Shown here one piece after another: positions 1 to 9,912 of a DNA stretch of 64,000 bases. This DNA is from Spirochaetaceae bacterium. Lineage in GTDB: Bacteria > Spirochaetota > Spirochaetia > CADAEX01. The number at the start of each line of letters is the position of its first letter. The first letter of the stretch is position 1. The notes under the pieces are model-generated. The model did no database searches, had not been told where the DNA came from, and was given only the letters and a program-made list of their open reading frames with translations. Made by a program: the position numbers and the translations under genes. Location: positions 8,564-72,563 of the forward strand of contig WQZP01000009.1 in NCBI GenBank assembly GCA_009780675.1, read 5' to 3'.

Positions 1-203
1 GGCGATGATGCTTCGGGAAATAACCCTTTTGCAAAATTATAAGTTATTATAATCTGGATCGGAATAAAAATAAACCAGAATGCAAAGCCCGGAATATCAT
101 ATCGCACAACGATTGAGGAAGAGAAAAAAGGGGCGCTAATTGCAATAAAGTAGACAACCAGCCTTAAAACAAGCGGCAGCCAGTATATTTTTTTATTAAA
201 CAT
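1..203 (-). CDS. 5' part of a membrane protein running off the window edge (third gene of the MoxR-DUF58 operon, often a transglutaminase-like protein)
   Basis: ATG at 203 overlaps the DUF58 stop; the open frame MFNKKIYWLPLVLRLVVYFIAISAPFF...FAFWFIFIPIQIII is hydrophobic. The product guess rests on operon context only. Confidence 0.6.
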   Translation of the reverse strand, partial: MFNKKIYWLPLVLRLVVYFIAISAPFFSSSIVVRYDIPGFAFWFIFIPIQIIITYNFAKGLFPEASS

Positions 204-1656
204 TTTCACCGGGAACCCCCTTTTCCCTTTTAACAATGGAGTCCAGCAAGCTCATTCTTATTTCTACTTTTTTTATATTACTCCATGCCAATTCAGTAAT
301 AGCTTTAGGATAATAACGCTTTTTCAACCCTGAAAAAGCAGAATGGAAGAAGGAGAAAACTGCGCCCATATAGAACAAAAAAGGGTTATAGAAAGCAGAA
401 AAAATAAAACTGCTTCTTTTGCATCTTATATAATTTTTGCTATTTTCATATTTATATGATACAGATGGGATATAACATGCAGAAATATAATCAGAAGAAA
501 GTTTGCTTAATGCTATACGGAGTATTTCATAAGTTTCCGCAAAAATGGTAATATTGCTTTCAGTTGGTATCTCTGTTAAAAACCCGAGGTCTGCGCTTGC
601 AGATTTAGATGCGCTGACAGCAAGCAAGTGGCCTGCTTTGCAGAGGTCAGAAAATTCTTTTACAATGCATTTTTCTCCATTAACAAAAATTCTTATTTCG
701 CAATCTCTGGCAGCGTCTGTTTCTATATCTTTTTTAACTCTATAGATAAAAGTATAAAAAAATTCCCTGAAATATTTTCCTGCTATAAATTCCTCAAATG
801 CTTTTCCTGCATTATCCACTATAGTATTTTTTCTATCGGGCTGACCATGCTGTAAAGGAGCGCTTAAATAAATGAATGTTAAAATATTTGACTCTTCTCT
901 TCCACCCGGAGAAACTCTTGTAACCAGCTTATCTATTCTGGAGCTTGATTTCCAGTTAATATCCCTGTATAAATCTCCTGGTACATATTCACGCATAAGA
1001 TATTTTTCAATATCATTATCATATTTACGCTGCTTGGTTATTATATCTTTTACAAGAAGTTTTTCATCAGTCACAACATCGTTTTTTACTCCGGGCATAA
1101 CTGTAAAATCTTTTAAATTTTCATTAAATACATTTATTCTTACCAAAGAAAATATATCTTCAACATAGAGAGATACTTTTCCGGAAACTGTTCCTGGATA
1201 TGGAAAGTAAAAACTAAATTCACAAACCCCTTTATTATCTGACCTGTATCTTCTTGAAAAAAAAGTATTAATATTGCCGGCTGTTATTGCGCTCCCTCTC
1301 ACAATCATGGAGTAGCGCAGAAACAAAAAAGATTTGCTTTTTACGTTACTTTTGCGCCCCCCCAATATTCCTGCGGATTCAATATTTATGATCTGTCTGT
1401 TGCCCAAATAACTTGCAGAATCTACAGAGCCTTCAGATTTCCATATAATCCTTTCAACCCTTGAACTCCTGGAGCAGAAAAAAAGCCACCCCCATACTGC
1501 AATAATAAATACCAAAAAAAACATGGATATTGATATTGCTGTAAAGTTAAGAGATGCAAATCCTCTTCCAAGAAAAAATACTGAAAAATAAAAAAGCAAA
1601 TTTCCGGGAAGTGTAAGTGGATAATATTTTCTGAAAGCTTCTATAAGCTTTTTCAT
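196..1656 (-). CDS. DUF58 family protein with N-terminal TM helices
   Basis: Motif REYVPGDLYRDINWKSSSR; directly downstream of a MoxR ATPase with a 4-bp overlap. Confidence 0.85.
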   Translation of the reverse strand: MKKLIEAFRKYYPLTLPGNLLFYFSVFFLGRGFASLNFTAISISMFFLVFIIAVWGWLFFCSRSSRVERIIWKSEGSVDSASYLGNRQIINIESAGILGGRKSNVKSKSFLFLRYSMIVRGSAITAGNINTFFSRRYRSDNKGVCEFSFYFPYPGTVSGKVSLYVEDIFSLVRINVFNENLKDFTVMPGVKNDVVTDEKLLVKDIITKQRKYDNDIEKYLMREYVPGDLYRDINWKSSSRIDKLVTRVSPGGREESNILTFIYLSAPLQHGQPDRKNTIVDNAGKAFEEFIAGKYFREFFYTFIYRVKKDIETDAARDCEIRIFVNGEKCIVKEFSDLCKAGHLLAVSASKSASADLGFLTEIPTESNITIFAETYEILRIALSKLSSDYISACYIPSVSYKYENSKNYIRCKRSSFIFSAFYNPFLFYMGAVFSFFHSAFSGLKKRYYPKAITELAWSNIKKVEIRMSLLDSIVKREKGVPGENV

Positions 1657-2651
1657 CTTGCAACTACAATTGAACTAATAATATCTGCAAGAATATTTTC
1701 AGGAACTCCTGCGCTCTCTTTTGCAATAATTCTGTGGCTCATTGTTGGCACATAGAGTTCCTTGATTATATCAGGAGTAACATAGTTAAGTCCTCTGACA
1801 AGAGCGAGCGACCTTGCAAGTCTTGAAAGCTTAACTCCTGCGCGCGGGCTTGCCCCTTGTAAAATATAAGGGTTTTCCCTGGTTGCCCTTATTGCTTTTA
1901 CAATATATTCAACAAGCTCCGGATGGATTGTTACTTTATCTACCATATCCTGCCATAAAATAAGTTCTTCCCCTTTTAGGACAGTGTCAAAACTTTTCCA
2001 GCCATCATTTCTGCTGTGTTGTTCAACAATAGTCCTCTCATCTTCAAAGCATGGGATCCCCATTGAAATCTGGATCATAAATCTGTCAAGCTGAGGAGCA
2101 GGGAGAGGAAAAAGATGAGCACCCTCAAGATTCATTGTTGCGATAATAAAAAATGGAGAAGGGAGTGAATAGGTTTTGCCTTCTACAGAAACTTTTTGCT
2201 CTTCCATTGCCTGAAAAAATGAGCCCTGTGTCTTTGGGGTAAGAAGGTTGATTTCATCGCAAAGGACAAAATTCGCGAAAATAGGCCCTTTATTAAATAT
2301 AAATTTACTATCTTTGCCATCAATTCTTGTAAAGCCAATAATATCCTGAGGTAAAAGGTCTACAGTACACTGAATTCTGCTAAAAGGTTCTATCTCGATT
2401 TCCATATTTGGTGATTTGAGCTTACTATTATCAATAGACCCTGCAAGCGCTCTTGCAAGCGAGGTTTTGCCAACTCCATGCGTATCTGCAAGGATCACAT
2501 GGCCCCCTGCTATTTTGGAAGCTATAATATATTCCAGTTTAAGTGTTTCTATATGAATAACTTTTCTGATATTGTCTATCAGCATATTTATTCTGCTTTT
2601 TGTTTCTTCTGCTGTTTTTTCCTGTAAGTTTTCTGAATTAATTTGTTTCAT
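1653..2651 (-). CDS. MoxR family AAA+ ATPase
   Basis: Walker A-like HGVGKTSLA, RIQCTVDLLPQDIIG, LCDEINLLTPKTQ, PAPQLDRF, GASPRA; start placed at ATG 2651 (ORF track extends to 2669). Confidence 0.92.
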   Translation of the reverse strand: MKQINSENLQEKTAEETKSRINMLIDNIRKVIHIETLKLEYIIASKIAGGHVILADTHGVGKTSLARALAGSIDNSKLKSPNMEIEIEPFSRIQCTVDLLPQDIIGFTRIDGKDSKFIFNKGPIFANFVLCDEINLLTPKTQGSFFQAMEEQKVSVEGKTYSLPSPFFIIATMNLEGAHLFPLPAPQLDRFMIQISMGIPCFEDERTIVEQHSRNDGWKSFDTVLKGEELILWQDMVDKVTIHPELVEYIVKAIRATRENPYILQGASPRAGVKLSRLARSLALVRGLNYVTPDIIKELYVPTMSHRIIAKESAGVPENILADIISSIVVAR

Positions 2652-2800
2652 GGAAAAATTGTAAAACAAAAAATGATTCTAGTCTATAATAATAGTAGCA
2701 ACAAGTTAAATCCATTCTGGCGCTGGGAGTAAATCACTTTCCATGCTTTAAACAGAATGCTAATATGGAGAAGTATTTATAATATGCAAGACAATATATT

Positions 2801-4624
2801 ATGGAGAGGAAAGTGAGTTTATATCCGCAATTTTCAGAAAAAGAGTTATTTGTAAATATTGATCTTTCAAAAGACTATGAAACCATAAAAAATAGCGCGG
2901 ATAAAATGATCCTCTCTGCATCTGGCTGGAGAAAAATCTTTGGAGAAAATGAAGAAAGCGATAGTACGATTATAAGAGAGCAGGACAAAGTTATTCTCGC
3001 AACAGCAGGAGAAATATTTTTCAATTATATAAAAAAAAGAACCGGCAATGCTTTTCCGGAAATAGTTGTTGGAATTGATTCCCGCCCAACAGGACAAGGC
3101 GCAGCAGAATCTGTTATAAGAGTTTTGATTTCCCTGGGATGCAAAATACAATATCTCCATACTTGCGCAGCTCCCGAAATAATGGCTTATGTAAAACAGA
3201 AAAAACTTGATGGGTTTATTTATATATCAGCAAGCCACAATCCCAAAGGGTATAACGGAATAAAATTCGGCAATGAAACAGGCGCGGTTCTCGGCGGAGA
3301 AGACTCTACCATGCTCATAGATACTTTTAAAAAAGAAATTTTGGATAAAGGAAAAATTTCAGCGATTGTAAAACTTCTTAATAGCGCTGATATTAAAAAG
3401 CTTTCAGATATAGCGGAAAAACAAAAAATATGGAAAAAAGAGTCTTACGCCTCCTACCTTGATTTTAATTTAAGAATCGCAAGGCCAGACTTAAGCTCCG
3501 CAGAAAACATAATAGAAAAACTGCTGCTAGAAACAGGGTCATGCGAAAACTTGGGGATTGTGGGAGACCTTAATGGAAGCGCAAGATGCACAAGCATAGA
3601 CGAAGAATTTTTTAAAACCCTTGGAATAAAGAGTAAATTTATTAACACTACTCCGGGCAAAATAATAAGCCCAATACTCCCAGAAGGAAAAAATCTTTCC
3701 CTGTGCAAAAAAGAGTTTGAAAAAGCATATAAAACAGACAACTCTTTTATTATGGGCTATATGCCGGACAACGATGGAGACAGGGGAAATCTTGTATATA
3801 TCAATTCAGAAGGAGCAAATGCCGGAGAGGCTGAGATATTAAAAGCACAGGAGCTATTTGCCCTTACCTGCTTTGCGGAACTTTTGTTTATAACAGACTC
3901 AGGGATTGCCGGGAACAAAAAAATTGCTGTAGTTGTAAATGACCCAACTTCAACCAGAATCGAAAAAATCGCGCATCAGTTTGGAGCATCTGTGTTTCGC
4001 GCAGAAGTTGGAGAAGCGAATGTAGTAAACCTTGCCTTAAAACTTATAAACGAAGGGGTGTTTGTAAGATACCTTGGCGAAGGGTCGAATGGAGGAAGCA
4101 TAACATTACCTGCCACAGTAAGAGACCCACTTAACACCATAAGCTCTATTGCAAGATTACTTAATACAAAAAAAGCAAAATCAATAGATTCATTATTAAA
4201 AACATTACCACAGTTTACAACTACAGAAACAGATGATCCCCTTGCAAAAATGGTAATTAAAACAGAAGATCATGGTATTCTCAAAAACAGATATGAAGAG
4301 GTATTCCTTTTGGAGTGGGAAACAAAAAAGAAATATCTTGAGGAAAAAGCAGATATTGTATCGTGGGAAGAGATAAACTATATGCAGACAGATGCAGTCA
4401 CAGGGATGGGAAGCAGCATACGTGGTAAGAAAACAAAGGGTGGACTTAAAATTCTTTTTAAAGATAAACAAGGTGTTGAAAAAGGGTTTATATGGATGAG
4501 AGGCTCCGGCACAGAACCTGTTTTTAGAGTAATGGCAGATATTGAAGGGGAAAACAATCCTCTTGAACGTTACCTTTTAAACTGGCAGCGCGAGATGATC
4601 GAAAAAGCAGATTCTGCTGGTTAA
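2801..4624 (+). CDS. Phosphoglucomutase/phosphomannomutase (alpha-D-phosphohexomutase)
   Basis: Catalytic ISASHNPKGYNGIKF, metal loop PDNDGDRG, GEGSNGG, C-terminal MRGSGTEPVFRV. Confidence 0.9.
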   Translation: MERKVSLYPQFSEKELFVNIDLSKDYETIKNSADKMILSASGWRKIFGENEESDSTIIREQDKVILATAGEIFFNYIKKRTGNAFPEIVVGIDSRPTGQGAAESVIRVLISLGCKIQYLHTCAAPEIMAYVKQKKLDGFIYISASHNPKGYNGIKFGNETGAVLGGEDSTMLIDTFKKEILDKGKISAIVKLLNSADIKKLSDIAEKQKIWKKESYASYLDFNLRIARPDLSSAENIIEKLLLETGSCENLGIVGDLNGSARCTSIDEEFFKTLGIKSKFINTTPGKIISPILPEGKNLSLCKKEFEKAYKTDNSFIMGYMPDNDGDRGNLVYINSEGANAGEAEILKAQELFALTCFAELLFITDSGIAGNKKIAVVVNDPTSTRIEKIAHQFGASVFRAEVGEANVVNLALKLINEGVFVRYLGEGSNGGSITLPATVRDPLNTISSIARLLNTKKAKSIDSLLKTLPQFTTTETDDPLAKMVIKTEDHGILKNRYEEVFLLEWETKKKYLEEKADIVSWEEINYMQTDAVTGMGSSIRGKKTKGGLKILFKDKQGVEKGFIWMRGSGTEPVFRVMADIEGENNPLERYLLNWQREMIEKADSAG

Positions 4625-4781
4625 AATTTCTGGTATTGGTGTGGATGTTGATTACTGCTATACTGCAGCAGTGAAATAATCACAAGTTATTTGCACTTGA
4701 CAAAGCTGTTGTGTGATCAAATAATACTTGATATCGATATCGAGACTAAACAGATACAATATTTATAAATTGGAGAACACA

Positions 4782-6353
4782 ATGGAATTCGAAGCAATTC
4801 AAGTAGGTATTCTTTCGATAGTTCCACCACTCATTGCTATTGCCTTTGCTCTTAAAACCAGAGAAGTAGTCTTTTCACTACTTCTTGGTATTCTTTCAGG
4901 AACTCTAATTTACAGCATTGCTTCAGGGCTAGGTGTCTTCGCGACTATTCATATAACATCAGACCTTCTGGTTACAAAAGTAGGCGAGAACGCGTCCATG
5001 CTTATTTTTCTTTCCATGCTTGGGGCTCTTGTGGCAGTAGTAACCAGAGCTGGCGGCTCCAGAGCTTACGGTCTTTGGGCATCAAAGCGGCTAAAAAGCG
5101 CCAGAGGCGCCAGCCTTTCAACTGTTTTCCTTGGTCTCATTTTCTTTATAGACGATTACTTTAATTGCCTTACAACTGGAACCATTATGAGACCTGTTAC
5201 TGATAGTTATAAAATTTCAAGGGAAAAACTGGCATACCTTATTGATTCTACTGCAGCGCCGATCAGCATTATTGCCCCTGTTTCTTCCTGGGCTGCCGCA
5301 GTTATTTCATATTACCCTGTCCAGGCAGAGATGTCCGGAATGCAGGCTTTTATAAGCTCCATTCCCATGAACCTCTACGCGTTGCTTACAATTTTTATGA
5401 TCTTCTGGCTTAGTCTTCGGCAACAGGATGATTATGGTCCAATGAGAAGAGCTCAAATTCGGGCAAAAGAAGGACAAGTTGAGCCAGGCAATAAAGAAGA
5501 GAAAAGTGATGAGATCGCACAAATAACTGGCTCTGGGAAAGGGCTGGTTTTGGATATGGTCATCCCTGTATTTTTTCTTGTGCTCTTTTGCATAACTGCC
5601 ATGCTTTTTTACGGAGGGTTCCATGAGACCAAAGGTAGTCTGGGAGAGCGAATTTTCGAAGCCTTTGGACATACCGATGCAGGGCTGGCTCTCTCACTTG
5701 GAGGCTTTGGCGCACTTTTGGTAGCCTTTTTTTTGTTTATACCGCGAAAGGTCATTAAGTTTAGTGAATTTTTTTCCGCAATTACTGCTGGGATAAAGTC
5801 AATGGTTCCGCCAATCATAATCCTGGCCCTGGCTTGGGCAATAAGCGGAGTATGCAGGGATCTTCTCTCCACAGGTCCCTACGTGGCTGGCTTGGTTGAA
5901 CAATCGAATTTTCCGGTTATGCTTATCCCTGCCATCATGTTTGCTATAGCTGCTGGGCTTTCATTCGCTACTGGAACTTCATGGGGAACATTTGGCATAC
6001 TTATCCCAATCGTTACTTCTGTCTGCGTGGTTGTGGCGCCATGGCTTTCCATTACAGCACTTTCCGCGGTTCTTGCCGGAGCTGTTTTTGGGGATCACTG
6101 TTCTCCCATTTCTGACACCACCATACTTTCATCCACTGGCGCTCAGTGCAAATTCATTAACCATGTTCAAACCCAGATACCATACGCAGCAACTGTGGCA
6201 ACGGTCTGCTTTGTTGGCTACATTATTGCGGGATCAACTTCTACCCTGGGTTATGGCATTAGTGTGGCAATCACTCTCCCGACCAGCTTTGCCATGCTTA
6301 CTTTAACTCTGCTGATTTTACCAAAAATAGCAAAAAGGATAAGCCAAGAATAA
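4782..6353 (+). CDS. Na+/H+ antiporter NhaC family transporter (possible amino-acid transporter)
   Basis: IFFIDDYFNCL, SREKLAYLIDSTAAP, SFATGTSWGTFGI, GAVFGDHCSPISDTTILSS; RBS GGAG before ATG 4782. Confidence 0.88.
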   Translation: MEFEAIQVGILSIVPPLIAIAFALKTREVVFSLLLGILSGTLIYSIASGLGVFATIHITSDLLVTKVGENASMLIFLSMLGALVAVVTRAGGSRAYGLWASKRLKSARGASLSTVFLGLIFFIDDYFNCLTTGTIMRPVTDSYKISREKLAYLIDSTAAPISIIAPVSSWAAAVISYYPVQAEMSGMQAFISSIPMNLYALLTIFMIFWLSLRQQDDYGPMRRAQIRAKEGQVEPGNKEEKSDEIAQITGSGKGLVLDMVIPVFFLVLFCITAMLFYGGFHETKGSLGERIFEAFGHTDAGLALSLGGFGALLVAFFLFIPRKVIKFSEFFSAITAGIKSMVPPIIILALAWAISGVCRDLLSTGPYVAGLVEQSNFPVMLIPAIMFAIAAGLSFATGTSWGTFGILIPIVTSVCVVVAPWLSITALSAVLAGAVFGDHCSPISDTTILSSTGAQCKFINHVQTQIPYAATVATVCFVGYIIAGSTSTLGYGISVAITLPTSFAMLTLTLLILPKIAKRISQE

Positions 6354-6381
6354 TGACACAATCATAACTTTGTGTTTCAAC

Positions 6382-7038
6382 TCATTTTGTTTTTTTTCCT
6401 TCTGTGGGAGTCTTTAAATTTGTTGCCATATCTTTTGTATTATTAACGAGTGATGCAAATAAACGTAATTGTTCTGCAACAAAACGGGATAAGATGATAA
6501 TAAAAAAACCAGTAACTGGTCCAATAATTATTACTATTGGGCCAAAATTCATAAAATCCAAGCCAAGCAATCTAAAAAGATGAGCTGCATCATTTCCAAG
6601 AAAAATTAGCGCTATTAGCCCAATACCTGCTCCTATAATGCCAAGTAATGTTCCCACCCATTCTCCAAAGGTTTTAAATGCTTCAGCAAAGATTAATGTT
6701 ACTATAAATTCAGTTGGAGCAATATCTCTGACTTTTGTTCGTCTATTCCACCATAATTGAAACCCAATCCAACTGGCAAAAGTAATTACCAACCACGATA
6801 AAATAATGGCAAATACTAATTTACCTCCAGCAAAACGGAAAACGCCTGACTCAATAGTTATATAAATAACGGCAAAAGGAATAATCAAATTTATTATTGC
6901 CATCACATAATAAATAAGACTAAATTTGCCCTTGTCAATAAAATCCAAATACGGTTTTGAAAAAGCAAAAAATGGATTCCCATCCCATTTTTCAAATTTC
7001 CCCGCCAATTTGTTTTCACCAGTTTTTAAGACACTCAT
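6382..7038 (-). CDS. Hypothetical membrane protein (about 4 TM helices)
   Basis: 218-aa ORF with several hydrophobic stretches; RBS GGAGG upstream. Confidence 0.7.
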   Translation of the reverse strand: MSVLKTGENKLAGKFEKWDGNPFFAFSKPYLDFIDKGKFSLIYYVMAIINLIIPFAVIYITIESGVFRFAGGKLVFAIILSWLVITFASWIGFQLWWNRRTKVRDIAPTEFIVTLIFAEAFKTFGEWVGTLLGIIGAGIGLIALIFLGNDAAHLFRLLGLDFMNFGPIVIIIGPVTGFFIIILSRFVAEQLRLFASLVNNTKDMATNLKTPTEGKKTK

Positions 7039-7106
7039 AACTCATCCTCCATAATTTTTCTATTTCTTTTTTGGCTATCTGCCAAGTATTCTTCAATCAT
7101 CCCCGC

Positions 7107-8018
7107 TCACTGGACGTTACGCGCTACCCGCAGGCTGATATGGCATCTTCCAAATGAAGGATCACCTCCTCCCCTGCCAGCTGAACGAATGTCCTGCCCG
7201 GCGCCGCGCCACGACCCTCCGCGTATCACACGAAACTCTCCAGATACTGCACCGTTCGGGTCAATCTGCGCTCCACTTGCGTAAGCTCCATACCAGTCCC
7301 AGCACCATTCCCATACATTCCCATGCATATCGTATAAACCCCATGGATTTGCCGCAAATGTTCCCACTGGTGTTGTTCCCCGCCGGAATTCCCCTTGAGC
7401 ATTATTATTATAAGGACGCCTGCCATCATAGTTCGCCTGATATGTAGTTATGTTATTTCCAGTATTAAACGGCGTTGTAGTTCCAGCACGGCATGCATAT
7501 TCCCATTCAGCTTCTGTCGGCAAACGATAACCATCGGCATTCCAGTCCCATGTTATAATCCAGTTATATCCCCAACTGTTTACTGTATAGGCAGGTGTTA
7601 ATCCTGCCTGTTCACTTAGCCAGTTACAGTACTGTATAGCATCAAACCAGCTTACAAACACTACCGGATGATCTTCCGCCTGATTAAAATATGGATTCAT
7701 CCAATTCGCATCTTCTTTTATTTCCCAGTTACCGTCTATCCGAACAGGAGCGCCACCGTCCATTTCTACATCAGTCACATATCCTGTAGTCTCTACAAAC
7801 CTGCGAAATTCCCCCACTGTTACCGGATACTTCGCAATATAAAAAGAACTTATTGTTACTTGGCGCTGAACTTCATCCCTAAAGCGGTCTGGTTCACTTG
7901 CAGGGCTACCCATGACAAAGGATCCACCTTCGATACGCACCATATTGCTACTTTTACTTTGACTACACGCAAGAAGACAGAAAGAGACAAAAAGCAAAAT
8001 AAAAATTTTCTTAATCAT
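7107..8018 (-). CDS. Formylglycine-generating-enzyme (FGE/SUMF1)-fold lipoprotein, non-catalytic RGGSW type
   Basis: Lipobox LLAC; motifs YRLPTEAEWEYACRAG, NPWGLYDMHGNVWEWCWD, RVIRGGSW. Confidence 0.9.
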   Translation of the reverse strand: MIKKIFILLFVSFCLLACSQSKSSNMVRIEGGSFVMGSPASEPDRFRDEVQRQVTISSFYIAKYPVTVGEFRRFVETTGYVTDVEMDGGAPVRIDGNWEIKEDANWMNPYFNQAEDHPVVFVSWFDAIQYCNWLSEQAGLTPAYTVNSWGYNWIITWDWNADGYRLPTEAEWEYACRAGTTTPFNTGNNITTYQANYDGRRPYNNNAQGEFRRGTTPVGTFAANPWGLYDMHGNVWEWCWDWYGAYASGAQIDPNGAVSGEFRVIRGGSWRGAGQDIRSAGRGGGDPSFGRCHISLRVARNVQ

Positions 8019-8030
8019 TTTTAAACTCCC

Positions 8031-8303
8031 TTAAGCAGAAAATGTAAGCTCAAGACCGAGGGCTCCCGAAACTTTTATAAAGGTGAGCATATTACAATTT
8101 ATCCCATTTTCAATTTTGGAAAGTTGCTGTTGGGTAACATGGCTTTTTTGGGCAAGTTCTCTTTGGGATAAACCTCTTTGTTCACGAGCTTCTGCTATTG
8201 CCAAACCTAATTCAAGCAAATGCTTTTCTTCATCAAAGGCTTTTATAAAATGGGTGTTTTGCATTTCCTCTTTAAGATGGGCTCTGAATTTCATGATATC
8301 CAC
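8031..8303 (-). CDS. XRE/HigA-like helix-turn-helix protein
   Basis: IAEAREQRGLSQRELAQKSHVTQQQLSKIENG; N-terminus FRAHLKEEMQN...F resembles HigA-type antitoxins; GTG start. Confidence 0.8.
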   Translation of the reverse strand: MDIMKFRAHLKEEMQNTHFIKAFDEEKHLLELGLAIAEAREQRGLSQRELAQKSHVTQQQLSKIENGINCNMLTFIKVSGALGLELTFSA

Positions 8304-8323
8304 TTTTTTTCGTATATCTTCTT

Positions 8324-8352
8324 ACCATACACCATAAATGACGTATTGTCAA
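8324..8352 (-). promoter_or_regulatory. sigma70-type promoter for the HTH gene
   Basis: Minus strand TTGACA-N17-TATGGT, about 20 nt before the start codon. Confidence 0.6.
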
Positions 8353-8560
8353 GCGTTTTTTCTCCTTTGTGATTAACAATTGGTGATCTTAATATGACTT
8401 TTGGCGCATAACAGTTTAGTTCTATAATTTTGCTATTAGTGTTCAATATCATCTTGGCGCTGCTTGGCGGTTGATTCGGGAATATTTGCGATAATGACTA
8501 TTTAAAAAAACAATTGCTCTCTGGGTTTAACTTTGCTTAAAGCTTTTATAAGTTACAAGA

Positions 8561-9781
8561 TTATATAAACGAAACCGGTATAATCTTGTATTTGTCTTTT
8601 ATGGGCAAAAGCTCATTAGCCAGGCAGATAACACCGCCCGCTCCTATCTTTAGGTTTTTTACATTTTCTATCATGCTAAAATGTTTAATATCATCTTGCG
8701 TTGGCTCAGTATGGGTTTTTATTTCAAGGGGATATAGCGTGTTGTTTTCATGGATCAGCAAGTCTATTTCCCGCTGATTACCATCACGCAGAAAGTAAAA
8801 ATCTGCCTCCTTTCCTGCGTTTGTATAGCTTCTTAAAATCTCGGCAAATATAAAGCTTTCAAAAAAATATCCACTCATGGCTCCAGTGCTTAATGTTTCA
8901 GGAGTGAGCCAACGTGTCAGATATGCTGCCAGCCCAATATCCAGAAAATGAATTTTTGGCGTTTTGACAGCCCTCTTAATAGCATTATTGTAATAAGGTT
9001 TTAAAATATAAACCAGACCGCTTCCTCTTAGTATAGAGAGCCATCTTTTCGCTGTTGGTTCGCTTATTCTAACAGTCCTTGCAAGAGATGCTAAATTCAA
9101 CATCTGTCCTGTCATAGCAGCAACAACAGTCATAAATTTAAGAAAATCCGCCTCATCGCCAACCTGCGCCAATTTTCGAACATCCCGCTCTATATATGTT
9201 TTTACGTAGTCTGCATAAAAATCCTGCCAATCAAAAGTTGGCTCCGCAATTAATTCAGGCATACTGCCACGGTGTATAATTCTCCACGCCTCTTTAATAG
9301 AAAGAGATAACGCTGTTTTTTTTCGATTTACCAAATATTCAGTTGTAGGTAAAAAAGGCGTATTATAAACTTCACTTCTTATCTCACGAAGCGATAGCCC
9401 TAAAAGTTCCAGAATACCTGCTCTTCCTGCCAAACTCTCTGTAACATTTTCCATAAGTTCAAAGCTTTGTGAACCTGTCAGAAAAAAATCCCCCTTATTA
9501 CGACTTTTATCAAGCAAAATTTTTATATAATGAAAAAGCGCAGGAGCATACTGAACCTCATCAATAAAAATAGGGGGTGGGTTCAAATCGAAAAATGCTG
9601 CTTGCTCGTCAATAGCAGCGCGTCGAACACGTAAATCATCTAAAGTCAGATGTGTAATGTTTTTTTTAAGATTTTTGATCAAAGTGGTTTTGCCAACCTG
9701 CCTTGCCCCTGTGACTACAACAGCGCCTTTCATTTTTGCGCGTTTTAGTACCGCATCTTCTATATGTCTTTTGATGTACAT
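8561..9781 (-). CDS. AAA_14 ATPase fused to a DUF4143 (PD-(D/E)xK-like) domain
   Basis: Walker A TGARQVGKTT, Walker B IFIDEVQ, LTGSQ, C-terminal REIDLLI...PLEIK. Confidence 0.88.
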   Translation of the reverse strand: MYIKRHIEDAVLKRAKMKGAVVVTGARQVGKTTLIKNLKKNITHLTLDDLRVRRAAIDEQAAFFDLNPPPIFIDEVQYAPALFHYIKILLDKSRNKGDFFLTGSQSFELMENVTESLAGRAGILELLGLSLREIRSEVYNTPFLPTTEYLVNRKKTALSLSIKEAWRIIHRGSMPELIAEPTFDWQDFYADYVKTYIERDVRKLAQVGDEADFLKFMTVVAAMTGQMLNLASLARTVRISEPTAKRWLSILRGSGLVYILKPYYNNAIKRAVKTPKIHFLDIGLAAYLTRWLTPETLSTGAMSGYFFESFIFAEILRSYTNAGKEADFYFLRDGNQREIDLLIHENNTLYPLEIKTHTEPTQDDIKHFSMIENVKNLKIGAGGVICLANELLPIKDKYKIIPVSFI

Positions 9782-9790
9782 TACCCAACC

Positions 9791-9837
9791 TCATCTTATG
9801 ATATTCTAACATCACATATTAGAATATCATAAGATGA
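9791..9837. repeat. Perfect 19-bp inverted repeat with 9-nt spacer
   Basis: TCATCTTATGATATTCTAA (9791-9809) and TTAGAATATCATAAGATGA (9819-9837) are exact reverse complements. Confidence 0.95.
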
Positions 9838-9912
9838 TAATAATGTCGACAACAAAAATAGTGCTATAGAAAAACATTTTAAAATAGTGTATTTTTGAAA
9901 AAAGAAAAATTT

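Noticed and set aside
196-2651. MoxR-DUF58(-transglutaminase) operon as a novel system
   Set aside because: This is a widespread, already described gene arrangement.
4625-4781. Possible lysine riboswitch upstream of the NhaC-family gene
   Set aside because: The region is short and AT-rich, and I could not see the conserved riboswitch elements; only a weak hairpin is present.
8396-8470. Short TTGGCG repeats (and CGCAAA repeats near 28613-28634) as element remnants
   Set aside because: Too short and degenerate to support a call.
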